From Macrostomum lignano (taxonomy: Eukaryota), in NCBI GenBank assembly GCA_002269645.1, contig NIVC01000728.1, positions 1 to 64,000 of the forward strand: a stretch of 64,000 nucleotides of DNA, written 5' to 3'. Shown here piece after piece: positions 15,497-27,025 of this stretch (the stretch's first letter is position 1; each line of letters opens with the position of its first letter). The notes beneath the pieces are model-generated. The model saw only the letters and a program-made list of their open reading frames with translations. It had not been told where the DNA came from and did not search any database. The translations under genes were made by a program, and so were the position numbers.

Positions 15497-15637
15497 CGTC
15501 GCATTTGAGGCCCTGCTTGACTAAGCCGAACAGCATAACGCCGCAGAAGTCGCAAAAATGCGGCGACCGATAAGAATGCACGTGGACATTGTGCGAGCTG
15601 ATGTGCAACTGCTGCTCCATGGCGCTGGTTAGCGAGT
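15497..15637 (-). CDS. PRKD: Protein kinase D exon: first half of C1a
   Basis: [47 protein letters not shown]; cag acceptor, gtgag donor, 141 nt, phase 1/1, joins exon 13679 in frame. Confidence 0.93.
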
Positions 15638-15900
15638 CTGCATAGTGGGTCAAATAAGGTCAAGGATTTAGTCAACTCTGCTCTTATTATGCCAATACTG
15701 CTCACTACTCCACGTCTGAGTCTAATCAATCATATCCTATCAACTCGAAAGCAGAAAGCGATTGGTTGATATTTGGCTTCTTCCGTAATTCGATAGCACG
15801 GACTTTCGCTCTCCCTGTAGCCACGCCTAAACAGATTGCTGTGCCGTTGCTCGAAGCATAAATACAGCTGAGCTATTTGAACAGGCACTAAGCCGCTTAC

Positions 15901-15943
15901 CTGTGTCTGCAGGGCTCTCCCCCATAGACTCTTCAGCAATCGT
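15901..15943 (-). CDS. PRKD: Probable upstream PRKD exon (TIAEESMGESPADT)
   Basis: aaacag acceptor and strong CAG|gtaagc donor; 43 nt ending in phase 1, matching the next exon; no homology support. Confidence 0.45.
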
Positions 15944-16838
15944 CTGTTTAGAAGTCATTGGGTAATTTTCAACTAACTTAGTGCAGTAGGGCTTTTGCTA
16001 GTCTACAGAACCTCTGCCAACTGATACTAGAGCATTGCTCAGTTGCAATATTCCAATAAAAAGGTTGAGGCGGAAGAGAACTTGGTGGGGAGAGAGGGGG
16101 GAAGGCTTGGCAGAGATCTATTATCTGAGAAGGTCCCAGGCGTTAATTTCTGGCTATCATGTCTTCCCTCGACCGGTCGCTTATTTTATGTATAAAAAGT
16201 CGATTTCCCGGCAACCTCCTCCACTTCCTTCTCTCTCTCTGTGGACCAAGTGAAGCCAAGGCCGGGCAAGACCAACCAGCAACCAGCCAGTCGCAGGGGA
16301 ATCGAGTTTGAATCGCAGACTACTGCTGGGGCTGCAGAGGCGAATGAGAATGAGGTACGGGGATAGGGGGGTGGGGGCAGAGGGTGGAGCAAGAGGAAGA
16401 AGGGGGCTTTACTTGGACAGACGATCTGTAACTCCAGTAGCGTATAGCCCGTAGTCCGCTGCGATTGGGGTGTAGAGATAGATTATACTATTGCTGGAGT
16501 AGTGCCCCGGGTACCCAGGGTGGAATTATAGCTCCTAATGCAGCCCGACCACAGGAAGAAAAAAACATTTTTCGATTTTCTTCGAACACAAATACCACCC
16601 GTGGGGAATAAAGTGGTTAGAGGGGATGCGGCGCACGTGTAGGATCAAACTGAGCAGCTGGCTGTACCCCACTGTCAAGCTTTTGAAGCTCCGCTACATT
16701 GCTGATGATCCCAGTAGTTTATAAACGGATTCTGCAATCCCGATAATCGCGGATGCACAAAGCTTCTTCGTGTTCTAACATCCTATAAATTCTAGGATTC
16801 TTGAATCCCGGAAAATCATTGAATCCCCAGGATATTAG

Positions 16839-18051
16839 AATCCCACAGATCCTCAAATCCCACAGATCCTTATATCCCACAGATCCTTATAACCCACAGA
16901 TCCTTATATCCCACAGATCCTTTTGTCCCACAGATGAAAAATCCTTATATCCCACAGATGACAGATCCTTATAACCCACAGATCCTTACATCCCATAGAT
17001 GACAGATCCTTATAACCCACAGATCCTTACATGTATATCCCACAGATCTTCATATCCCACACATCCTCAAATCCCACAGATCCTTATATCCCACAGATCC
17101 TCAAATCCCACAGATCCTTATATCCCACAGATCCTCGAATCCCACAGATCCTCAAATCCCACAGATCCTCAAATCCCACATATCCTCAAATACCACAGAT
17201 CCTCAAATACCACAGATCCTCAAATACCACAGATCCTCAAATCCCACAGATCCTCAAATCCCACAGATCCTCAAATCCCACAGATCCTCAAATCCCACAG
17301 ATCCTCAAATCCCACAGATCCTTATATCCCACAGATCCTTATAACCCACAGATCCTTGTAACCTACAGATCCTTAAATCCCACAGATGAAAAATCCTTAT
17401 ATCTCACAGATTACAGATCCTTATAACCCACAGATCCTTATAACCCACAGATCCTTGTAACCTACAGATCCTTAAATCCCACAGATGAAAAATCCTTATA
17501 TCTCACAGATTACAGATCCTTATATCCCACAGATCCTCATATCCCACAGATCCTTATATCCCACAGATCCTTATATCCCACAGATCCTCAAATCCCACAG
17601 ATCCTCAAATCCCACAGATCCTCAAATCCCACAGATCCTCAAATCCCACAGATCCTCAAATCCCACAGATCCTCAAATCCCACAGATCCTCAAATCCCAC
17701 AGATCCTCAAATCCCACAGATCCTTATATCCCACAGATCCTTATAACCCACAGATCCTTGTAACCTACAGATCCTTAAATCCCACAGATGAAAAATCCTT
17801 ATATCTCACAGATTACAGATCCTTATATCCCACAGATCCTCATATCCCACAGATCCTTATATCCCACAGATCCTTATATCCCACAGATCCTCAAATCCCA
17901 CAGATCCTCAAATCCCACATATCCTCAAATCCCACAGATCCTCAAATCCCACATATCCTCAAATACCACAGATCCTCATATCCCACAGATCCTCAAATCC
18001 CACAGATCCTTATATCCCACAGATGTTCAAATTCTCCACAGATCCTCAAAT
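16839..18051. repeat. 17-bp minisatellite (ATCCCACAGATCCT[C/T]A[A/T]) with an internal 303-bp block duplication
   Basis: Visible tandem unit; a variant block recurs at 17485 and 17788. Confidence 0.95.
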
Positions 18052-18560
18052 CATAACGACTTTATATTCTAATCGGTTAGTAATATTTTCATTCATGTAA
18101 AAAGCTCACATCCCTAACTCTCTTGGTGAGAACTTTTAAAATGGCTTTATTCCTCATCAGCCAGCTCAGATCGGGCGAACCAATCCAATTTAGTAGTTTG
18201 CCTGGAAGAAATGCAGATGCAGGCTGCAGAAGACCGTCAGCTGTTCCAGCAAGTCGCGCTTCCGTTGACAGAGCAGCCGCGGTGATGAAGGCAGTTTGGG
18301 GATGTCGCGCCGGAGATGCATGCTGGCCAGTTCCCAATCCAGTCTGAGCTCCCCCAGCTCCCCAGAAGCGACAGTGGGGAGGGAAAATTAATTCAACATG
18401 ACTCGAAGGCTCCGCTCGGCTGCGCCGCGCCCTCTCCCTGCTTCCCGGTGGCGGGGACGATGCAGCGAAGATTGAGGACTGTCAGGGGGTTCGGGAATGA
18501 AAGTGCAGCGCGGTGGCGACAACGGAATCCCAGAGAAGGGGAAAATGAGCCAAATTTTAC

Positions 18561-18572
18561 CTGGTTCGACAT
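18561..18572 (-). CDS. Possible PRKD initiator mini-exon (MSNQ)
   Basis: ATG TCG AAC CAG|gtaaaa; phase 0 is compatible with exon 15943; speculative, no homology. Confidence 0.2.
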
Positions 18573-18864
18573 TGGCTAGCTGAAGCTAGGAGGCCTGGGA
18601 TCTTTCACGATGATGCAGACACAGCACACCTTGCCAGTGGAATATATTTCAGATAATTAATAATATGCGCTCATCTTTCACCGTGAAGAGCCGCTGTGTA
18701 TATTTTACATACAAAATTCTGAATAGAAATTAATATAAACAATTTTTCACTTCATACAAAGACCTGACTTGAATGGAGTTAAACAATTAAATTCTTTTAA
18801 ATTTAGTTCTTTCAAGACTATTGAGACATCTAATAGATAGATAATCTGACTATAGATTGTCTAT

Positions 18865-19298
18865 AGATTGAGACACATCTGACTCCAGATTGAGACACAT
18901 TTGAGTGAAGATTGAGACACATTTGAATGAAGATTGAGACACATTTGAGTGAAGATTGAGACACATTTTGAGTGAAGATTGAGACACATCTGACTCTAGA
19001 TTGAGACACATCTGAGTGAAGATTGAGACACATCTGATTGAAGATTAACACACATCTGAGTGAAGATTGACACACATCTGAGTGAAGATTGAGACACATC
19101 TGAGTGAAGATTGAGACACATTTGAGTGAAGATTGAGACACATCTGATTGAAGATTGAGACACATCTGAGTGAAGATTGAGACACATCTGATTGAAGATT
19201 GAGACACATCTGAGTGAAGATTGACACACATCTGAGTGAAGATTGAGACACATCTGAGTGAAGATTGAGACACATTTGAGTGAAGATTGAGACACATC
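18865..19298. repeat. 22-bp minisatellite (TGAGTGAAGATTGAGACACATC), about 19 copies
   Basis: Visible tandem unit. Confidence 0.95.
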
Positions 19299-20522
19299 AA
19301 GACACTGAGACACACGAGCGTATTAGTATTATTAAAAAAGACGTCCGTAGTTGCGGAAAACGATTTATTCCCGTATTTGCAGAAAGCGAGGAGCCCATGC
19401 AGCTGCATGCTGACTGCTCAGTGGCTGAATGTAAAAAACCCTTTTCCGGGTCTCATAGTTTGACTGTGACTGGAAGCGGGGAAATTTGATTGAAAGAAGG
19501 AAGTAGAAAAAGTTTAAGCTGCCTCGAGGGAAAATCTTTCTTAGTGGCGGCCGGGCAGATGCGTCACTGCTGCTGACCTAAAAAGTACACCGAGTTATTA
19601 TTAACTGCATAAGCATTTAATTATGGCCAATTTAAAATCAAATTATTCGAGCTAAGCTGTTCAATACGCAGGCTTTGATTTGATACATCTACTTACTTAT
19701 GTCTTAATCTCGTAACCATATTTCTGGCGTAATACGTACGTGTATGATGACGACTACACCTAAAGACTATATATCAGTCTTTTTGAGTTCAATGCACAGT
19801 ACACTGCACAATTCAAATATAATGAAGGCTTCCTGCGCGGCTCAAAAGTACATTCAATGCAGCGCCTAAGTGACCCACCCACATGGCTCATTAAGTCTCC
19901 TTTGTCAACTACGGCACTAAAAGCCGGCTCTCATAGTTACATGTATTCGTTCGCCAATAATTCCAGTTTGGCAACGCAATAAAGTGCGTAGTAGCTCGAT
20001 AGGCAGCTGAGTAGGCTCCCACGCGCTGGCACTAGAAATCAGTGCGAATCAACAAAGGCATTGCCTTTATCAATGCAGGGCCTCAACCCTTCTCTAGCTC
20101 AATTATTCTTAGATTGTGACCGGCATCTTTTGATTGACAACTGTTAAATCAATGAATTATTAAAGTAAGACAGCCCACTAAGTGCATCCGTTAACGAGAA
20201 CTACGAACGTAGCAGTGATGGTAACATTTAGTGTACGCTCGCACTTGCTCACGAGTTAAGGTAATATTAAAAGTCAATAAATATTTCCTGCAATATTAAA
20301 TTTTCTCAGTCATTCCTGAATAACCTACTTGAAGTAGCATAAACCCACTGTAATATGCCAGTATATACATGTACTGCGTCATTTCTTCATGCTTAGGGTT
20401 TCTGTTTTTGCACATAAATAACTCTAGTTTATTCATCTAAACCCTAGTGTCTTTTGGCATGCTGGGTTCTAAACCTTGGTGTCAAATTAAAATCGAACAA
20501 TTTAGGCTTGGCGACATCAATT

Positions 20523-21220
20523 AGGATCTGGGAGGCTGGCCCAGTAATTGAGGATCTGGGAAGGGTGGCCCAGCAATTGAGGAACTGGGAAGGTGGCCCC
20601 GCCAAGCAACTGAGGATCTGGGAAGGGTGGCCCAGCAACTGAGAATCTGGGAAGGGTGGCCCAGCAACTGAGGATCTGGGAAGCTGGCCCAGCGACTAAG
20701 GATCTGTTAAGGGTAACCAAAAAAACTGAGGATCTGTTAAGGGTAACCAAAAAAACTGAGGATCTGGGAGGCTGGCCCAGAAACTGAGGGTCTGTGAGGC
20801 TGGCTCAACAACTGGGGATCTGTGAGGCTGGCCCAGCAACTGAGGATCTGGGAAGGGTGGCCCAGCAACTGAGGATCTGGGAGACTGGCCCAGCAACTGA
20901 GGAACTGGGAAGGTGGCCCCGCCAAGCAACTGAGGATCTGGGAGACTGGACCTGGACCAGAAACTGAGGATCTGAGAGGGTAGCCCAGCAACTGAGGATC
21001 TGGGAGGCTGGCCAAGCAACTGAGGATCTGGGAGGCTGGCCCAGCAACTGAGGAACTGGGAAGGGTGGCCCCGCCCAGCAACTGAGGATCTGGGAGGCTG
21101 GCCCAGCAACTGAGGAACTGGGAAGGTGGCCCCGCCCAGCAGCTGAGGATCTGGGAGACTGGACCTGGACCAAAAACTGAGGATCTGAGAGGGTGGCCAA
21201 GCAACTGAGGATCTGGGAGG
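20523..21220. repeat. About 28-bp minisatellite (CCAGCAACTGAGGATCTGGGAGGCTGGC family), copy A
   Basis: Visible tandem unit with length variants; same family as 23035-23358. Confidence 0.93.
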
Positions 21221-21224
21221 GAGG

Positions 21225-21415
21225 CGGAGCAGCTCAAGAATAAAGGCATGCGACTCCTGGGGTTCAATTCCGCACGCGGCCGCATTCATTTGGGGCCTGT
21301 ACACAAAAATTCGCACCCATGAGGGCCAACCCCCAAGGCACAGAGATTGTACATGCCTGACGGTTAGAAAGTCAGGGCCGCTGTACACCCCGTGTGAGCG
21401 CAAGTATGAATGCGT
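21225..21415 (+). mobile_element. Possible tRNA-derived SINE remnant
   Basis: Pol III B-box GGTTCAATTCC at 21261-21271 followed by a GC-rich body with a CCTGAC/GTCAGG hairpin, in AT-rich surroundings; no clear A-box or TSD. Confidence 0.3.
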
Positions 21416-21940
21416 GTCTGCTTACAGTATGTGCTCACGATATGGGGCGATTGTTAATTTACAGCCAAGTAAATAATGAATAGCATAGCAAGTCCAATTA
21501 ATGACAATATTTTTTGTGCCTAGAAGCGTTCACAGACAGTGCCAACGTATGAGTATATTTTAATTAATAAATTAATAAGAGAATAAAAAACAATAATAAT
21601 ACAAGCTAACATAGACATATTTACACGCAGTTGGCATGCAATTTATTGAATAAATTACTGTATAAACATAGTGGCACGCTTTATTAATAGAAAAATGAAG
21701 AACGCGAATAGATTAACAACGATATGTACAAGCAGGATGCGAATTTTCCCTAAATCATAGCACAATAAAATTTAGATTATGAATAGTCTTTCTTGCAAAC
21801 ATAAATTTTTGGAAAGACGCTGAAGGGAGGGAGAAAAGAAACTGCGGATGTCAATAAGCATAATTTATCTGCTTAGACAGAAAAATAAAACCATAATTAA
21901 AACCGCCATGAACGACAAATACCATGCAGCAGGAAGAGGA

Positions 21941-22481
21941 GGCTGAGATAGGGGAGGGAGATGATGAGGTGAGATAATGGAGATGATGGGGCTGGGAATC
22001 TAAGGTAGATGATGAAGCTGAGATAGGGGAGGGAGCTGGTGAAGCTGAGATAGGAAAAGGAAGATAATGAAGCTGAGATGGGGGGGGAGCTGGTGAAGCT
22101 GAGATAGGGGGGGCTGGTAAAGCTGAGATAGGGAAAGGAAGATAATGAAGCTGAGATGGGGGGGAGCTGGTGAAGCTGAGATAGAGAGGGAGCTGATGAA
22201 GCTTATATAGGGGAGGGAGCTGATGAAGCTGAGATGGGGAAGGGAAGATAATGAAGCTGAGATGGGGAAGGGAAGATAATGAAGCTGAGATGGGGAAGGG
22301 AAGATAATGAAGCTGAGATAGGGGAGGGAGCTGATGAAGCTGAGATGGGGAAGGGAAGATAATGAAGCTGAGATGGGGAAGGGAAGATAATGAAGCTGAG
22401 ATGGGGAAGGGAAGATAATGAAGCTGAGATGGGGAAGGGAAGATAATGAAGCTGAGATAGGGGAGGGAGCTGATGAAGCTG
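21941..22481. repeat. 28-bp purine-rich minisatellite (GCTGAGATGGGGAAGGGAAGATAATGAA) about 140 nt downstream of the cyclin C stop
   Basis: Visible tandem unit, about 19 copies with variants. Confidence 0.93.
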
Positions 22482-22619
22482 ACATCAACACTAATAAACA
22501 GAGAAATCTAAACAAATTGCATGCGGGTTTATAACGTATAACATCAAAAGTATTCAGCAACAATAAGAACAATAGGCAGGTAATTGAAAGCAATATGAGC
22601 CGCACAACGCCAGCTGACA

Positions 22620-22934
22620 TCAGGCCTGACCGTCACCGTTATCAGGTACAGTCAGATCCTGCTTCGGCCTGGGCATCTTTTCCATGATAGCCGGCATCTG
22701 GTTCCGCTCGTCGAAGCCCTTCAACAGCTCGTACAGGTTCAGAAGCAGGCGGACAATCTCCAGCACCTTGTCCAGATCGACAGACAGTTCCGCGAACCAG
22801 GCCTGTGCGTCTTTGCCGCAGACCAGGCAGGCGATGTGGATTCCCGCCAGGGCGATGAGGTAGGGCGGGTAGTGCAGGCAGGCGTCTGTACGCAGACTGT
22901 CGTTGATCACCTTCCAGGCCACGGGGAACACCTC
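22620..22934 (-). CDS. CCNC: Cyclin C exon 2 (terminal)
   Basis: EVFPVAWKVINDSLRTDACLHYPPYLIALA...WFAELSVDLDKVLEI...FDERNQMPAIMEKMPRPK; tag acceptor, phase 0, TGA at 22620-22622. Confidence 0.96.
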   Translation of the reverse strand, partial: EVFPVAWKVINDSLRTDACLHYPPYLIALAGIHIACLVCGKDAQAWFAELSVDLDKVLEIVRLLLNLYELLKGFDERNQMPAIMEKMPRPKQDLTVPDNGDGQA

Positions 22935-23034
22935 CTATCACGGAGTGGGGATGCCAATTTAGTTAATGCATGAGCAGCATGGCTGGGCTCTGCGACTCTG
23001 GGATGCCAGTATGGAGAATTTGTGTGAGTAGTCC

Positions 23035-23358
23035 CCCAGCAACTGCGGATCCGGGAGGCTGACCCAGCAACTGAGGATCTGGGAGGCTGACCCAGCAACT
23101 GAGGATCTGGGAGGCTGGCCAAGCAACTGAGGATCTGGGAGGCTGGCCCAGCAACTGAGGATCTGGGAGGCTGCCCCAGCAACTGAGGATCTGGGAGGCT
23201 GGCCCAGCAACTGAGGATCTGAGAGGCTGTAGCACCAACTGCGGATCTGGGAGGCTGACCCAGCAACTGAGGATCTGGGAGGCTGACCCAGCAACTGAGG
23301 ATCTGGGAGGCTGACCCAGCAACTGAGGATCTGGGAGGCTGACCCAGCAACTGAGGAT
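23035..23358. repeat. 28-bp minisatellite, copy B of the 20523 family, filling most of the cyclin C intron
   Basis: CAGCAACTGAGGATCTGGGAGGCTG[A/G]CC, about 11.5 copies within intron 22935-23417. Confidence 0.95.
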
Positions 23359-23417
23359 TTGCCGATCTGGACTGGCGGCCCAACCTTACACAAACAACAC
23401 TAAACAAACAATTGCAC

Positions 23418-23945
23418 CTGACTAAACGAGGAATCCTGAGTCTGCAGATCCTCAATAAACAGTGCCAGAGATCTGTACGGATGATACACAACTAGAGAGC
23501 AGTCAAGCACCTCCAGCAGGAGAAATTCGCACTCCTGAATATTAGTGACATTGTAGGGAAACTCCTGATCGGGCAGCAAGTGATGATGCTTGGACTTAAC
23601 TATAGACTGGCACATTGCGATTAGGCCTTTGCTAGACAGCACGCCGAACTCCTCAACCTTGGAGGCCAAGAACAAGGCAGTGGGGCACAGCAGCCAAGGA
23701 TCAACGCAGCGTAGCGAGTAGCGAGCATAGAAACGCTTAGAATAAATAGTAGCCGTAGCAATGACCTGCTGCCTGACAACAAGTTTCTCGCCAATTGCCT
23801 GAATAAAATTAGCAAAGAACACCATCAGCTTTTGAAACTCTTCCTCCGTTAGGAATTTCAGATCCTCCGCTCTGTACAAGTCCACATACTGTTTGTCTAG
23901 CAGCCATTCCTGATAGTGCGAGCTCTGCCAGAAATTGCCAGCCAT
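23418..23945 (-). CDS. CCNC: Cyclin C exon 1
   Basis: MAGNFWQSSHYQEWLLDK...RQQVIATAT..KRFYARYSL...ASKVEEFG...ECEFLLLEVLDCSLVVYHPYR is the cyclin C signature; 528 nt, CAG|gtgcaa donor. Confidence 0.97.
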
Positions 23946-24184
23946 GCTCACTGCAGCAGTAAGGTTAAAAATAATAGGTTTTAAAAAGCAATGCTTTTTG
24001 GCATGACACATGACAGTGTAAATTCAGAGATGCTATAGCCCTTAATCAATATTTGCCAAGCACAAAACAAGGCACTCTGAACTATAATAGGCCACTACTT
24101 TACAATGATAATTTTTTTATATTTATTGTGCAAGTGCAACTAATTGATTTTTGTAAGTAATGTGCAATACTTCATAATTTCCTC

Positions 24185-24470
24185 ATCAAATGCAATAATC
24201 CTTTACTCATTAAGTACAATAATCCTATTCTTATCTAGTGCAACAATCCTTTTCTTTTCAATCGTAAAGGATTATTGCAGGATTAGGATTAGCAATAATT
24301 TTTTCTAATCTAATGCACTATTCAATGTCTCAACTAGTGCAATAATCATTTACTCATCAAATGCAATAATCATTTTATCATCTAGTACAAGAATCCCTTA
24401 CTCAACAAGTGCAATAATCTGTCTTAACTAATGCAATAATCCTCTTTATATCAAGTGGAATAATCCTTAA
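24185..24470. repeat. Degenerate about 25-bp tandem repeat (TGCAATAATCCTTTACTCATCAAG-like), decayed array
   Basis: Recurring TGCAATAATC motif at roughly regular spacing. Confidence 0.6.
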
Positions 24471-25604
24471 AAAAGCTTTTTTAAAAATATTTTATAATAT
24501 CAAGATTTGATCCCAAGTTGCTGCATTAGCAGTTTAGTCTGTTTACATCTAGGTAAACTCTTATTGGATTTTTAACATGAATTTGTAGCACTTATGATTC
24601 AATACCTATACCACTATACCAGTTATAACAATCAATTTCTCATGCAATTCAGTACTAGTCTTAATTAAAATTGGTAATATGGTTATGCAATCTAAAGTTT
24701 TGTGCTATGCTTCCATATTGCATTTTTAAAACAGAGGCAATTCAATTTAATATCAAAATTCAGCTAGCATATAGACAATAAATAAAAAGCCCAGTGATGT
24801 GTGATGTACCTATTTCAGAATCAAAATTTGACTAGTTTGTTTTTTATAATATATTTTTAAAAATATAAAAACCAAAAATATTTATAATATATTTTTATCT
24901 CTTATAATACATTTCAAGTCAAAAGGTCTATTTGACCTTTGCAAAAAAGCATGTTTTTTTAATATTTAATCCTTTTAGCATTAGACAATTTTTAGGTCCA
25001 GCTATAACACTTTTTTATAGTTATAAGAAAATTTCTAATCAAATGATCAAAGTAAAAATATAGCTTTTAGCCTTTAGTAGGCCTCAATAAAAGTAGGCCT
25101 ATTAGTATTATTATAGTTAAAGTTTAAGTTTATTAATAAAGTTTACAAATTGCATTGGTGATGACCTTTTTTTAATTTTTACCCTGGCAAGTTCCTCTGG
25201 CTTCTTACACTATGTGACCTATTACTATACTATATAATGCTGTTTATAAAGGTGCAGCCAAAATTGTCATATTCAAAATTGTCATATGATGATGAAAACT
25301 TGAACAAATCTGGAAGACTTAAACATTTAAATATGACAACTTAGACCAAAAGCAAGGGTGTATTCATCCACTCTCTAGTAGAGTTTGCCCTTGTTTATAA
25401 AGTTAAGCTGCAGTAAAAGCGTTGCAGGAGTGCTCAAAATTAAGTGTAAGCACATGCATATACATATATCTCTACGAGTGGAACTCCTCCTTTGGAGGAG
25501 AAAGGGGAAGAACTCCTATCAATGGAATTCCATTCCCTGGAATCTATCAGCTGAAATTCTATGATTTGAATCCCATCGTCCAAATCCTCTGTAAAGCCTT
25601 TCAA

Positions 25605-26520
25605 ATAACTGCATCTGCACTCTCATTTTTATCATTTTCTTTCTCTTCACTAATTTCTTCTCACTAATTTCTCCTCTCCACTCTTTCATCTCTCTTATCT
25701 CTGATCTTTCATCACTCTACTCTCTCATTTCTCCCTTCTCTTACTTCTCTCTCCTCTCTACTCCCTTATTTATCTCTTCTCTTTCGTCTTTTGTGTCTAC
25801 TTTCTCTTGTCTCCTCTCTCCCCTCTTCTCTCCTCTCTTATCTCTCATCTACTCTCTTATCTCTTTACTCTTTTATCTATCATCTTTCCTCTACCCTCTA
25901 TCTCTTCTTTTTCTCTCTTTTCTCTGCTCTTATTTCTCATATCACCTATATGCTCTCACCCTCTCCTTTCTTATCTCATATCTTTCTTCTCTCCTTTTGT
26001 ATCATCTCCTGTCTCCCTCTTCTTTCTTTTCTCTCCTCTCCATTCTCTCTTCCCTCCTCTCCTTTCTTCTCTTATCTTCTCCCTTTTCTTCTCTAATCTC
26101 TAATTTTTTATCTCTCTTATTTTCTCACTCATCTTCTTTTTCATCGCATCTCTCATCTCTCCTCTCTGCACTCTTATCTTTAGCCTCTTCTTTCTCTTCA
26201 CTACTTTCTTCTCTTATCTATCTTATCTCTAATATTTTATCTATTCCTCTCTTGTCTCTCCTCTTGCTTCTCTCTCCTCTCTACCCTGTCATCTTTACTC
26301 CTCTATTTATTTCTTCTCCCCTGCCTTTTGTTTCTACTCTCTCCTCTCTTCTATTTCCTCTGTACACTTTTATCCCTCTTTCTTCTCTCTTCTCATCTCT
26401 TTTGTCTCTCTCTGCTATCTCATATCTCTTCTCTCATTTCCTCTCTCCTCTTCTCTTCTTTCTCCTTTTCATTCCTACCTTACTCCCCTCTTCTCTCTCA
26501 TCTCTAATTGCTTCTCTGAC
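25605..26520. repeat. CT-rich low-complexity tract
   Basis: Nearly pure pyrimidine plus A on the + strand; source of spurious L/S/F-rich ORFs. Confidence 0.9.
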
Positions 26521-26909
26521 TGAGTGAAGGCGCAAAATCCATCAAAATCCATTCTATAAAACAGAAAATACTTTTAAGTCCTTTTTGTTGAACAAAACTC
26601 TACCAAAAAACTTTTCATTGAATAATAGAACACAACACAACATAATCAAAAGCCTCTCCGTGAAGCTGACAACCAATGAAGTCCTTTCTGTGAAATTGAA
26701 AACCATCGAAATCTTTTCAATGAAACAGAAATCTATCAAAATTTTCTTTGGGAAACTGAAAGTCATTGAAATCGTCTGTGAAATAGAACTTCATCAAATT
26801 CTTTTCATGAAACTGAATTCCATCAAAATCCTTTCTTTTCAACGTCAATCTATCAATATAATCTTTGTCAAGCTGCGATTCATCAATTTTTAATCATAAT
26901 ACCCAACAT
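26251..26909 (+). repeat. 659-bp direct duplication, copy 1
   Basis: Matches 28343-29001 at offset 2092; identical 70-aa and 102-aa ORF translations in both copies. Confidence 0.93.
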
Positions 26910-26995
26910 CTCCATGTAATTGCAGTCTATCACAACTGCTAAATAGAGATCCAAAAGATGCTTTCCATACTTATTCAAGTTAAAGGCATCAGTGG

Positions 26996-27025
26996 TTAGG
27001 GTAGGAGTTAGGGTTAGGGTTAGGG
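26996..27025 (+). repeat. Short interstitial telomere-like (TTAGGG)n
   Basis: Three perfect tandem TTAGGG at 27008-27025 plus one perfect and one degenerate unit upstream. Confidence 0.7.

Noticed and set aside
16411-16458. Candidate extra PRKD exon (cgcag...CAA|gtaaag) and other donor-like sites at 18103 and 19696
   Set aside because: No PKD similarity; cannot be distinguished from chance splice-like motifs
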